This document shows positions 55,801 to 64,000 of a stretch of 64,000 bases of DNA, piece by piece. Position numbers and translations under genes: made by a program. Where the stretch lies: the IMG/VR virus record IMGVR_UViG_3300027541_000009, positions 1 through 64,000 of that record. The stretch is one strand, 5' to 3'. The notes under the pieces are model-generated. The model did no database searches. It worked only from the letters and a program-made list of their open reading frames with translations, and was not told the origin of the DNA. Every line of letters begins with the position of its first letter. Position 1 is the first letter of the stretch.

Positions 55801-57320
55801 TTCCAAATAAAGTTGGAGTTATATCCGCATACAATTCAATAATTGTAGATAATATACAAGGAACAATTAGTATCAATAATACCGATGATATTATTGTTGG
55901 AGTTAATACTATATCTGGTGCATATGTAAGTTCAAATCAAATTATATCTGATGGATTACACTTTAAAGTATTCCATAATAATCATGGAATGTATGCTGCA
56001 AATAATAGAGTTACTATTTCTGGAATTGATCCAGATGTTGCACCAGTAAAACTAACAGCAAATATTACTGCCACATCTACCACAATTAATGTAAACTCCG
56101 TTGGTATATTTACCAGTTTTGAGGGTCTTCCTGTTGATGTGTCTAATCCAGGTTATATCATCATCAATAATGAAATAATCGGATACACCTCATATGATTT
56201 AGCATCAAATACTATTTCTGGAATTTCTGGATTAAGAGGTTTAGATGGAAGTACTATTAATTCACACATCACTAATGACAATGTATTCAAATATGAATTT
56301 AATGGTGTATCATTAAGAAGAATTAATAATTCTCATCTTTTAAGTAATACAGATACTACAAAATATCCAACTGAAATGGATTCATATCATGTTAAAATAG
56401 ATATGAGTAAAAATGGAAAAGATAGATTGGCCATTAATCAATTGTATTTTAATAATACTAAGTCTGGAGGTACTTATTCTTCACAGAATGTTCAAGTAAA
56501 TAGCATAACTGGACCAAAAGCAACTCAAAATATGGTATTTAATACCATTAGACCAAATGTTCAAACATTACTCCCATCTACTACAAGTATTCAATCTAAA
56601 GTTAGAACTTTCAGTTCTACATCCATAAATGGATCAGAAAGATCTTTTGTAGATAAAGGATTTGAAAATATTTCATTGAATTCTAATAATTTATTTAATG
56701 ATTCTAGAATGATTTGTTCTAAAATAAATGAAATTAACAATTTACAAAATTATCCAGGAAATAAATCATTTACATTAGAAATGTTCTTAAGTACAGGAGA
56801 TACAAGAGTTTCTCCAATGATTGACTTGGATAGAGTTAATGTTATAACAACAATGAATAGAATTGATAATCCAATTAACAATTTCTCTGAAGATCCTAGA
56901 ATTAATCAAATATCTGATGATCCAAACTCTGCAATTTATGTTTCCAAGATTGTTAAATTACAAAAACCATCTGATAATTTAAAAGTCATATTTGATGCAT
57001 ATAGACATTCTACAAATGAAATACGAATAGCATATCGTTTGTTTAGAAGTGACACTCCTTCAGATCAACAACTTTATGAATTATTCCCAGGATATGATAA
57101 TCTAGATCCTATTGGTAATATAATAAATCCATCAAATAATAGTGGAAGATCCGATAGATTTATAGAACCCTCTAATACTTCTAATGATTTTGGCAATTAT
57201 GAATATACTGCTAAAAATCTTCCTATATTCGATGGATTCCAAATAAAAGTTATTATGACGGGAACAAATCAATCTTATGTTCCATTGATCAGAGATTTAA
57301 GAATTATCGCAACAATATGA
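49839..57320 (+). CDS. DUF4815/VrlC-like large virion structural protein
   Basis: NLNVSPYFDDF..KNYQRVLFKPG.P.QSRELT.LQ; APGADR; DPLAQSF. Confidence 0.85.
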   Translation: MPQNTNLNVSPYFDDFDPLKNYQRVLFKPGYPIQSRELTTLQSILQNQIEKFGQHFFKEGSVVIPGQVAYDSEYTSVQINDTHLGIPVSSYIDKLVGKKIKGETSGVVAKVENYITGVESERSNYTLYVKYLSSSDTDFTTTTFLDGENLITLETIDYSLTSIVANTTFATTIISESTSTGSAIKIVEGIYFIRGFFITVPSQTVILDQYSNSPSYRIGLLINEEFSVASNNNDDLFDNAQGFSNFAAPGADRLKITTTLIKKELEDFNDEDFVELVRIENGEIKKFVNTTNYNLIRDELAKRTYDESGDYYIKPFVASIKESLNDRVGNNGIYLEGLKTKQGNTASDDLACISISPGKAYVRGYGIETVSNELIDLQKPRTTNKVINSALPFNIGRQITINNVYGSVPVGFSTLSTVYLYSDRTTTPGVSSGEMIGVANVYDLKSKSSEYANQTTEYEISLYDVQTYTLLTLNANIQTLAESTFVEGTSSGATGYLVSTISNSNILTLYQVSGSFLPNESLKFNGVDDGRIVVSIKDYNLSDVHQFVGNSGVSGVGTFTADPVLSNRIVLGELAAQFTITGASGGTSNVSTSSTIFYSTVNVGDIITYTKQGQTVPTYNKVSSVNDYSYLTIIPTTSVSGVSSGGLPTSTIVVNDLRKATLEIQKTSNAYLYSKLENSNVSNVDLTGSSIIFKKSYDLSSGDISSGSVSKTLETDLDLTLEPFDEEDYTLTYKNTGKVEPLNDQKVSISGRTISISGLTGSGPATLTATFKKINTKNKKKVYNRSTSLIVSRSNSTSSGIGKSTLDDGLVYSSIYGVRVQDKTISLNIPDVVSITGIFESSDTSDPKLPVLTLTSLNSALTNAVKGERIIGKTSNAVATYVNRLDANQLELVYLNENTFRSGEVVVFEESKISGEVLDITVGDKNIKSSYTLDSGYRSEYLDFSRIIRKEDSASPTKKIRIIFNNYTLNAEDNGDFVTVNSYDKERFKNDILSVDGYRSTDVIDLRPRVLPYSGTYSPFEYRSRQFSTSSNSSPHIFSQDRFINLSYDYYLPRIDKLFLSKDGIFTLNSGVPSINPKSPDNLDYALEIATLYLPPYLYDVKDVKINFTTHKRYTMKDISRLEDRISNIEYYTSLSLLESDTQNLVIRDPQTGLDRFKAGFFVDNFKSNSGGDLSSPIYKASVDTALGMLRPQHYTTSVDLLLGSESIVGIGTTSNPSVDLRFANDLGSLNIKRTGDIISLNYSDVKYIENKFATRIENVNPFLVTTWIGSLELNPSTDTWIETRRTERTEDIEGTYRTAMQLLGVDSNTGLSPVDWGAWETNWTGTTTVAGPSLGRINVGSQLTSTNWFGWGVTQNFRDTIIDVRNETTTTTTNQSRQGIQFGVSERFDSTSLGDRVVSRSIISLMRSRNIEVIARRLKPNTRFYGFFDNVDMTEYIVPKLIEVTMSSGTFAKGETVVGVLGSKTIRFRLANQNHKYGPYNAPIEVYKTNPYQPENSLSTNYSSTTTVLNVDTASLELQANSEFFGSISANMKLVGETSGAIATVSQIRLITDNAGVFIGSLFIPDPTTPSTPSFKTGTKTFVLTSSSTNSSIVGFTQSTAENNFTSSGTLDNVEELTLRIRNADVERIPRSESRVVTSVESGLEVAAITENRSVTTIFPPPPRRIDPLAQSFEVTDPNGVFVTKCDVYFRSKSSNDIPVVLQIRTMQTGLPTQTILPFSEVTLDSDNVKVSEDGTVSTTFTFPSPVYLESGNEYSLVLLSYSDEYTVWISRMGEADVSTLDLPESERIIVSQQPLLGSLFKSQNASTWDASQYEDLKFTLYRAEFSRTGGSVRFYNPDLGIGNRQVASLRPNPITAYSRSAVIGLGKSLSSADSVLFTNGSTITQENNTNFSGNLKSVLGAVGVGSTLSITNSGTGFVGFLTTYSNVDLVTLTGSGSGAKASITVFNGVAIAATVSKGGSGYAVGDTLTIDSENTGNFGKNLILSIPNKVGVISAYNSIIVDNIQGTISINNTDDIIVGVNTISGAYVSSNQIISDGLHFKVFHNNHGMYAANNRVTISGIDPDVAPVKLTANITATSTTINVNSVGIFTSFEGLPVDVSNPGYIIINNEIIGYTSYDLASNTISGISGLRGLDGSTINSHITNDNVFKYEFNGVSLRRINNSHLLSNTDTTKYPTEMDSYHVKIDMSKNGKDRLAINQLYFNNTKSGGTYSSQNVQVNSITGPKATQNMVFNTIRPNVQTLLPSTTSIQSKVRTFSSTSINGSERSFVDKGFENISLNSNNLFNDSRMICSKINEINNLQNYPGNKSFTLEMFLSTGDTRVSPMIDLDRVNVITTMNRIDNPINNFSEDPRINQISDDPNSAIYVSKIVKLQKPSDNLKVIFDAYRHSTNEIRIAYRLFRSDTPSDQQLYELFPGYDNLDPIGNIINPSNNSGRSDRFIEPSNTSNDFGNYEYTAKNLPIFDGFQIKVIMTGTNQSYVPLIRDLRIIATI

Positions 57321-57517
57321 TACCAGTAGAAGGGCATCGAAATCTCTTTAGAGATGAAAAAAGTAATGCAATTGTAAATTGCAATGATTATGAATATCAA
57401 GAATATCTTAAAATTAAAAATAAAAAATTAACTGAACAAAATGAAATAGATAAATTGAGATCCGAATTGGATGAAATTAAATCCCTTTTAAAAGATCTAT
57501 TAAAGTCTAAAGTATAA
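57317..57517 (+). CDS. small conserved structural-region protein
   Basis: IPVEGH.NL.RD..SNAIVN; ATGA overlap. Confidence 0.75.
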   Translation: MIPVEGHRNLFRDEKSNAIVNCNDYEYQEYLKIKNKKLTEQNEIDKLRSELDEIKSLLKDLLKSKV

Positions 57518-57545
57518 ATATAATAAGAAAGATAATAGTTTAATC

Positions 57546-57887
57546 ATGTCGGTATACGTAAGTAATATTACTATTCCAATTGGGGCTGACTTTGAACAAA
57601 CTTTTAGTTTGGAAGATAATGTTTTAAATTCTTATTTGGACTTGACTGGTTACACTGGATCTTCCTTACTTAAAAAACATCCTTCATCTCTAACTACTGC
57701 TGCATCATTTGAAGTTCATTTTACAAACAGATCATATGGTGAATTAACTATTTCTTTAGGATCTAGTATAACATCATCATTAAAACCTGGAAGATATTGT
57801 TATGATATATTGATATCTGATGGAACAAAAAAAAGTAGAGTAGTTGAAGGTAGTGCCTTAGTTACTGCAGGAGTTACTACAAGCTAA
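57546..57887 (+). CDS. virion structural protein (beta-sandwich, baseplate/fibre associated)
   Basis: GADFEQTF...DLTGYT...L.PGRYCYDILI...RVVEG; TATAAATA at 57513. Confidence 0.7.
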   Translation: MSVYVSNITIPIGADFEQTFSLEDNVLNSYLDLTGYTGSSLLKKHPSSLTTAASFEVHFTNRSYGELTISLGSSITSSLKPGRYCYDILISDGTKKSRVVEGSALVTAGVTTS

Positions 57888-57888
57888 A

Positions 57889-58107
57889 ATGACACAAGTA
57901 AACAGCAGGTTAGGATCTCAAAATACAATAAAAGTTATTCCCTCAATAGGAGCAGCAACTATAGGAGCTTTGCGTGATGTAGATACAAGTAATCTAGGTA
58001 ATGGATACGTTTTAGTTTATGACTCAGCAACAAAAAAATGGGTTGCTACCGATCAATTAACACCAGGGGAAACTCAAAATTTAATCATCAATGGAGGAAA
58101 TTTCTAA
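57889..58107 (+). CDS. small fibre-associated structural protein
   Basis: L.DVD...GYVLVYD...KW; ends INGGNF. Confidence 0.7.
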   Translation: MTQVNSRLGSQNTIKVIPSIGAATIGALRDVDTSNLGNGYVLVYDSATKKWVATDQLTPGETQNLIINGGNF

Positions 58108-59907
58108 ATGGCAAGTTACATCAAGATTAAAAGGTCTACTGGAACAGTAGCACCAGCATCACTTCAATATGGAGAACTTGCTTATACCGCTGGAGTGGGT
58201 ACCCACGGAAATAGTGGTGGAAGGCTTTTCATTGGTGATAATGTACCAAATGCAATAGCAATTGGTGGTAGATACTATGCAGATTTACTTAGTATTGCTC
58301 CAGGATTAGTAGCAGGACAATCCAATCCAACTACTGCTGCAAATGGATTTGTAGCAATTTTAGATCAAAATAGAAAAGTTGATCAATGGAATGTAGATAA
58401 TCTTACTTTAGATGGTAACACTTTATCATCCACAAATGTAGATGGTGATATTAATTTAGACCCAAATGGAACGGGTGAAATTGTAGTTCCAGATGATACA
58501 TATTTAACTTTTGGTACAAGTAAAGATACTAAAATTAAATATGATGAAACTACAGATAATAGATTAGAAGTAACCGGTGCAGACTGGAACTTTGCAGATG
58601 GAGTAGCAATTAGTGTAAGTGACATTACATCATCAACCTCCACCTCAACTGGGGCATTTATCGTTTCTGGTGGAGTAGCAATTGGTGAAAATCTCAATAT
58701 CGGTGGAAATGCAGATTTTGATGGAGACTTAAATTTAGATGGTGGAGATTTAACATCTAATCTCTCGTCATTTAACATTTTTCCACAAAATGTAGTAACA
58801 ATTGATGCATTTGCTGCTGCAGAGACCATTGGGATTGGCAGTGACTCATCTTCAACTACTGTAACTATCAGATCAACCACACCTTCAACATCTCCTACTA
58901 CAGGGGCACTTGTTATCAATGGTGGGGTTGGTATTGCCAGTGATTTAAATATTGGTGGAACTACTAACTTTAATTCTAATGTAGAAATCCAAGATCATTT
59001 AGTAATTCATGATTATTTGACCGTAGAAGGTAATACTAATTTAGGAGATTCTTCTACTGATCAAGTAACCATTACTGGAAATCTATATCAAACTGGAATT
59101 TCAACTATTGTCGGTGAACTTTATGTAGATGCAGTTGGAATCAACTCAAATACCATTTTTACAAGACCTGGATCTGGTGATAAATTATTCATCGATCCTT
59201 TCCCATCTGGCCTCAGTAATGAAGGAACTGTTGTCATTAAAGGTGATCTTCAAGTTGATGGTACTACTACAACTGTTAATTCTGTTACAGTAACTAGCAA
59301 TAACCCAATTTATATTGTAGGTGATAATGCATCTACTAGAACAGTAGTATTAACTGTTGCAACTGGAAGTGAATTAACTATAGACAGTGTTGCTGGAATC
59401 AATACTAATGATGTAGTAACTGGAAATAATATTCCATCAAATACTGTAATTTCCAGCATAGACTCAGGAAATAAAGTAATTACATTATCAAATGCAATTA
59501 CTGGAACAGTAAATTCTGGAGATCAAATTACAGTAAGTCAAGGTGTCGATACTAATGATGATAGAGGTATCGGATTTAAATATGTTTCTTCTGGAATTGG
59601 AACACAGGCAGTAGTCAAAACTGGATTCTTCGGTTATGTAGATGCAAATTCACGTTGGACCTATGTTCCAGATGCAGGACTTGCAGGAAACGTAGTAACA
59701 GGAACCAAAGGATTCCTAGATATCAAAGGAATTTATTATCAAAGTGGTGATTTCTCAACCAATGGTGTCACTTACTTTGACAGTGATGGATTAATGAAGT
59801 CTACAGTTGCTCCTGGATCTGGAATTAGCACCTCAAACTATATTCTAACAACAGATGAGTTTGGAGTTCCAACTTGGACTGACACAATTGATGGAGGACT
59901 ATTCTGA
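58108..59907 (+). CDS. tail fibre/fibre-like protein with Mtd-type N-terminus
   Basis: IKIKRSTGTVAP..LQYGELAY; beta-rich repeats; ends IDGGLF. Confidence 0.7.
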   Translation: MASYIKIKRSTGTVAPASLQYGELAYTAGVGTHGNSGGRLFIGDNVPNAIAIGGRYYADLLSIAPGLVAGQSNPTTAANGFVAILDQNRKVDQWNVDNLTLDGNTLSSTNVDGDINLDPNGTGEIVVPDDTYLTFGTSKDTKIKYDETTDNRLEVTGADWNFADGVAISVSDITSSTSTSTGAFIVSGGVAIGENLNIGGNADFDGDLNLDGGDLTSNLSSFNIFPQNVVTIDAFAAAETIGIGSDSSSTTVTIRSTTPSTSPTTGALVINGGVGIASDLNIGGTTNFNSNVEIQDHLVIHDYLTVEGNTNLGDSSTDQVTITGNLYQTGISTIVGELYVDAVGINSNTIFTRPGSGDKLFIDPFPSGLSNEGTVVIKGDLQVDGTTTTVNSVTVTSNNPIYIVGDNASTRTVVLTVATGSELTIDSVAGINTNDVVTGNNIPSNTVISSIDSGNKVITLSNAITGTVNSGDQITVSQGVDTNDDRGIGFKYVSSGIGTQAVVKTGFFGYVDANSRWTYVPDAGLAGNVVTGTKGFLDIKGIYYQSGDFSTNGVTYFDSDGLMKSTVAPGSGISTSNYILTTDEFGVPTWTDTIDGGLF

Positions 59908-59908
59908 T

Positions 59909-60145
59909 ATGCAAAATGATGTTGATGTGAATATTTTAATTAATACTTATCACAATAAAATTTCTACGTTATATAATCAAAATATACTGTTAGAAGCAAA
60001 GGTCCAATCCTTAGAAAAAGATTGGACCTCCGAAAAAAATGCATTGTTAATGAAAAATTTAGAATTGCAAAAAAAAGTAGATGAACTTTCCAGATCAAGC
60101 AATAAAAAGTCATCTCAAAAATTTTCTGATGCAGAGGTAGAGTAA
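59909..60145 (+). CDS. coiled-coil hypothetical protein
   Basis: Start moved to ATG 59909. Confidence 0.7.
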   Translation: MQNDVDVNILINTYHNKISTLYNQNILLEAKVQSLEKDWTSEKNALLMKNLELQKKVDELSRSSNKKSSQKFSDAEVE

Positions 60146-60960
60146 TGTCCCAACCATCATCTAGACAAGAACTCTTAGATTATTGTTTAAGAAAACTGGG
60201 ATATCCAGTGTTAGAAATAAATGTAGATGATGATCAGTTAAATGATAGATTAGATGATGCTCTTCAATATTTCCATGAACGTCACTTTGATGGAATTGAA
60301 AGAGTATTTTTGAAGCACAAATTATTGCATGAGGAAGTAGACCTAATTAAAAATAATCCAACATATACTACTGGACATGCTACATCTGGAATTACCACTG
60401 CAACTCTAGAAGAACCTCAAAATTTTATCCCATTACCAGATACTGTAATTGGGGTTAATATGGTATTTAAATCCGATGCTAATACCATTAGTGCAGGAAT
60501 GTTTAATATTAAGTATCAAATCTTTTTAAATGATTTGTATTATTATGGAGCATTGGATTTAATGAATTATGCAATGACTAAGATGTATCTTGAAGATATT
60601 AGTCGAATAATTACTCCAGATGTTCAATTAAGATTCAATAAAAAGCAACATAGGTTATATCTTGATATTGATTGGGGTATGGTAAATAGTGATTCATATA
60701 TTGTAATAGATTGCTATAGAATTGTAGATCCTGCAAATTTCCCAAAAGTTTATAACGATTATTGGTTAAAGAAATATTTAACAGCATCTATTAAAAAGCA
60801 ATGGGGACAGAATTTAATTAAATTCAATGGGGTTCAACTTCCAGGGGGAGTAACAATGAATGGAGATAGATTATATACAGATGCAGAAAAAGAATTAGAA
60901 GAGATTGAAAGACAACTCAGAGACGAGTATGAATTGCCACCTCTTGGTCTTATAGGATAG
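60145..60960 (+). CDS. gp13: neck protein gp13
   Basis: LDYCLRKLGYPVLEINVDDDQ; KKQWGQNLIKFNGVQLPGGVTMNG. Confidence 0.95.
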   Translation: MSQPSSRQELLDYCLRKLGYPVLEINVDDDQLNDRLDDALQYFHERHFDGIERVFLKHKLLHEEVDLIKNNPTYTTGHATSGITTATLEEPQNFIPLPDTVIGVNMVFKSDANTISAGMFNIKYQIFLNDLYYYGALDLMNYAMTKMYLEDISRIITPDVQLRFNKKQHRLYLDIDWGMVNSDSYIVIDCYRIVDPANFPKVYNDYWLKKYLTASIKKQWGQNLIKFNGVQLPGGVTMNGDRLYTDAEKELEEIERQLRDEYELPPLGLIG

Positions 60961-60971
60961 GGAGGTGAGAT

Positions 60972-62360
60972 ATGCCTCTTAATCCATATTTTTTAAATGG
61001 ATCTCCATCTGAACAGAGATTAATTCAAGATTTAATCAATGAGCAGTTGAAGATGTTTGGGCAAGATGTAGTTTACATGCCCAGAAAATTTATAACAGAG
61101 AAAAAGATAATAAAAGAGATTTTAGTATCTAAATTTGATGATAATTTTCACATCGAAGCTTATATTGCAAATTTTGATGGATTTGGTGGAAGTGGAGATA
61201 TCTTATCAAAATTTGGTGTTAGAAGTACAGATGAAATAACTTTTATTATATCTAGAGAAAGATTTGAAGACTTTATATCACCCTTTGTTTCTGGGCAGAA
61301 TGATGTATTTTTAACTACAAGACCACAAGAAGGTGATTTAATTTATTTTCCATTAGACAATGGTTTATTTGAAGTAAAGTACGTAGAGGCAAAAAAACCA
61401 TTTTATCAATTAAACAATTTGTATGTTTATGAATTGAGATGTGAACTCTTTGAATATGAAGATGAAGTTATTGATACTGGATTAGAAGAAGTTGATACTA
61501 CGGTCCAAGATTTTGGATATACTATAACTTTGAATATGGTAAAAGAAAATGCAAATAGTGCAACAATTAAGACTGAACCTGCAATAAATCTTTCTCCAAA
61601 TCGTATTCCAAATGCACAATCTGTAAGATATATTGATATTTTAAATGGTGGATCTGGATATAAATCCACCCCATCCATATCTTTAAGTAAACCTGTATCT
61701 GGAGGTGTTCAGGCAACTGCAGTTGCTATTATGACAAGTAGGGGTAATGATTCTACCGTAGATAAGATTTTAATAGTTAATCCAGGATATGGTTATACAA
61801 CTCCACCAAAAATTACGGTAAAATCAAATTCGGGTAGTGGATTTATTGGGACTTCTATTTTAGCATCTGGAACACTAGGACCTATAACAATTTTGGATAG
61901 TGGTGAAGGATATACATCTATACCAACTATAGGAATAACATCTTCATCTACTGGAGATTCTGCAGAATTGGTTCCTATTATTAATACATCAGGTAAAGTC
62001 ACTGCAGTGTATTATAGTGATGCAGGAATTGGATATACTGCAATTCCTAATATAACGGTATCTTCACCAATAGGTGTTTCTACTGGCAATTATATCTTTA
62101 ATGAAATTGTTAAAGGTGTTTCTACTGGAACTAGTGCATATGTTAAGAGTTGGGATTATGATACTAGAATTCTCAAGTTAGCAATAGTAAGTGGGAAATT
62201 TGCAGTTGGGGAATCTATTGCAGGTTATGGTGCAACATATAAAATATATTCAATAGATGATTATGATGTATACGATACTTATGCATCAAATGAAGAAATA
62301 GAAGAAGAAGCAGATCAGATTATAGATTTCAATGAAAAGAATCCTTTTGGGGAATTCTAA
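60972..62360 (+). CDS. gp14: neck protein gp14
   Basis: EQRLIQDLINEQLKMFG; P.EGDLIYFP; FNEKNPFGEF. Confidence 0.93.
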   Translation: MPLNPYFLNGSPSEQRLIQDLINEQLKMFGQDVVYMPRKFITEKKIIKEILVSKFDDNFHIEAYIANFDGFGGSGDILSKFGVRSTDEITFIISRERFEDFISPFVSGQNDVFLTTRPQEGDLIYFPLDNGLFEVKYVEAKKPFYQLNNLYVYELRCELFEYEDEVIDTGLEEVDTTVQDFGYTITLNMVKENANSATIKTEPAINLSPNRIPNAQSVRYIDILNGGSGYKSTPSISLSKPVSGGVQATAVAIMTSRGNDSTVDKILIVNPGYGYTTPPKITVKSNSGSGFIGTSILASGTLGPITILDSGEGYTSIPTIGITSSSTGDSAELVPIINTSGKVTAVYYSDAGIGYTAIPNITVSSPIGVSTGNYIFNEIVKGVSTGTSAYVKSWDYDTRILKLAIVSGKFAVGESIAGYGATYKIYSIDDYDVYDTYASNEEIEEEADQIIDFNEKNPFGEF

Positions 62361-62386
62361 ATAAAGTAAGGATTGTATTTTAAATC

Positions 62387-63442
62387 ATGTTAGGTAATCA
62401 TACATACCACGAAATAATCAGAAGGACTACAGCATCTTTTGGCACACTTTTTAATAATATCTACATACAGCATAAAGATGCTGAAGGGGATGAATTTAGT
62501 TTAATTAAAGTTCCTATTGCATATGGTCCAATTCAAAAATATTTGGCAAGAATTGAACAAAAACCAGATTTAAGAAAAAGGAATGCCATAACTTTGCCAA
62601 GAATGTCTTTTGAAGTTGGGCAGTTATCTTACGATCCTAGCAGAAAATCTTCTACATTACAAACGTTTAAATCTATCACTGGAACTGATAACAAACCGGT
62701 AAGTACTTACATGCCAGTTCCATATAATTTACCATTTGAATTGACAATTGCAACCAAATATAATGATGATATGTTCCAAATTGTGGAGCAAATATTACCA
62801 TATTTTAGACCAGAATTTAATATTACAGTAAATCTAACTTCAACTTTAGGTGAGAAAAGGGATGTACCCATAATTCTCCAAAATGTTTCACCATTCCAAG
62901 ACAATTATGAAGGGGGATTTGATGAACGTAGGTTTATGCAATGCACATTGACTTTCGTAGCAAAAATATTCTTATTTGGTTCAGTTCCATCTGATCAAGA
63001 TGGCAACATTATTAAAAGAGTTCAAGTTGATTATTATTCAGATACTAATAGAGTAAATGCATCTAGACAACTGCGTTATGTGGTTACACCTAGAGCAACA
63101 AAAGATTATAATAAAGATAAGACTACTACACTTTCTCAAGATATTGGAACAGAAGTTACCGAGTTTACAGTTTCAAATGCAAATCTTTTAGTACCAAATA
63201 GTTACATACAAATAAATGATGAGAATATGTATATTAAATCCATCAACAATGATGAGATAACTGTGTTACGTGGTCAGGATGGAACAACTATATCTGAACA
63301 TGAAGAAGGTGATTACATAAATGCAATCACACAAGAAGATGATGATATGATTATACCAGGTGATGATTTTGAATTTGATGAAGAACTTTTTGATTTTGGT
63401 GATGGTAGAATTTATAGCCCAAGAAAGGGTGAAGACCTATGA
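62387..63442 (+). CDS. gp15: tail sheath stabiliser/terminator gp15
   Basis: YHEIIRR...FGTLFNNI; VPIAYGP.QK; LPRMSFE; QIVEQILPYF.P. Confidence 0.93.
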   Translation: MLGNHTYHEIIRRTTASFGTLFNNIYIQHKDAEGDEFSLIKVPIAYGPIQKYLARIEQKPDLRKRNAITLPRMSFEVGQLSYDPSRKSSTLQTFKSITGTDNKPVSTYMPVPYNLPFELTIATKYNDDMFQIVEQILPYFRPEFNITVNLTSTLGEKRDVPIILQNVSPFQDNYEGGFDERRFMQCTLTFVAKIFLFGSVPSDQDGNIIKRVQVDYYSDTNRVNASRQLRYVVTPRATKDYNKDKTTTLSQDIGTEVTEFTVSNANLLVPNSYIQINDENMYIKSINNDEITVLRGQDGTTISEHEEGDYINAITQEDDDMIIPGDDFEFDEELFDFGDGRIYSPRKGEDL

Positions 63443-63864
63443 GTAATAAATTTGATAAAATCAATGAAACTTTAGATATTGAGGCAGAAGCAGTATCTAC
63501 AGAGTATATTGAAAAAGTTAAAAAAGAAATAAAAAAACCAGTTTCTGAAGATGAGGCACATAATGATTATGAATACACTCGTCAAAATTTGTATGACTTA
63601 ATAGAAAAGGGACAAGAAGCAATTTATGAAATGTTGGAAATTGCAAAAGAGACCCAAAAAGCAAGAGATTTTGAAGTTGCAGGACAATTGATAAAGAGTG
63701 TTGGTGATGTTTCAGATAAATTATTAGATCTTCAACATAAAATGAAAAAATTAAAGGAAGAAGATAAATCATCTTCACCTACCAATGTAACTAATAATGC
63801 TCTTTTTGTTGGTTCTACTGCAGACCTTCAAAAATTTTTAAAAGAAAGTATGAAAGATAAATAA
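63439..63864 (+). CDS. gp16: terminase small subunit gp16
   Basis: DYEYTRQNLYDLIEKGQEAI; NVTNNALFVGSTADLQKFLK. Confidence 0.93.
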   Translation: MSNKFDKINETLDIEAEAVSTEYIEKVKKEIKKPVSEDEAHNDYEYTRQNLYDLIEKGQEAIYEMLEIAKETQKARDFEVAGQLIKSVGDVSDKLLDLQHKMKKLKEEDKSSSPTNVTNNALFVGSTADLQKFLKESMKDK

Positions 63865-63875
63865 TCAAAAAGACA

Positions 63876-64000
63876 ATGAAATCATATTCAGAACTAAGTA
63901 AAATTTTTGAGCAATTAAAAGATTACAAATCTCCAGAAAATATTGCTAAAAAGCATAATGTTCTACTGTCTCTCATTAAACAGCAATTAAAAATTGGAAA
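63876..64000 (+). CDS. partial late gene (truncated by window end)
   Basis: ATAAATA at 63857; MKSYSELSKIF...IAKKHNVLLSLIKQQLKIG. Confidence 0.6.
   Translation, partial: MKSYSELSKIFEQLKDYKSPENIAKKHNVLLSLIKQQLKIG

Noticed and set aside
33637-63864. Many minus-strand ORFs (e.g. 43454-43798, 46619-47107, 58383-58919)
   Set aside because: Antisense shadows of long, well-supported + strand structural genes, with no recognisable motifs.

Overview
This is a 64-kb segment of a T4-like cyanomyovirus (Kyanoviridae-type) genome, with all genes I can support on the + strand. Bases 1 to ~30,500 are an accessory/early region of about 75 small ORFs. They are driven by about 20 copies of a sigma70-type promoter that carries a spaced palindromic box at an almost fixed distance upstream of the -10 hexamer. 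This region also holds three tRNA genes, a GIY-YIG and two HNH endonucleases, a metallophosphoesterase, an SF2 helicase and an ArdA-like protein. Its most notable element is a complete four-gene ubiquitin-like conjugation cassette (Ubl, JAB/JAMM peptidase, E2-like, E1/ThiF; 7091-10343). A nearly ORF-free interval at ~29,050-30,540 contains five perfect cyanobacterial-type DnaA boxes, 21-bp tandem repeats, convergent promoters and a strand-biased TTCGT array, and is a candidate replication origin. Bases ~30,900-64,000 encode a glycosyltransferase-like protein, an ATP-grasp-like protein and speD. The T4-like structural module follows: gp25, gp6, gp7 split into two ORFs, gp8, a DUF4815/VrlC-like protein, a fibre protein, gp13, gp14, gp15 and gp16. 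All family calls come from motif recognition by eye; no database searches were run.
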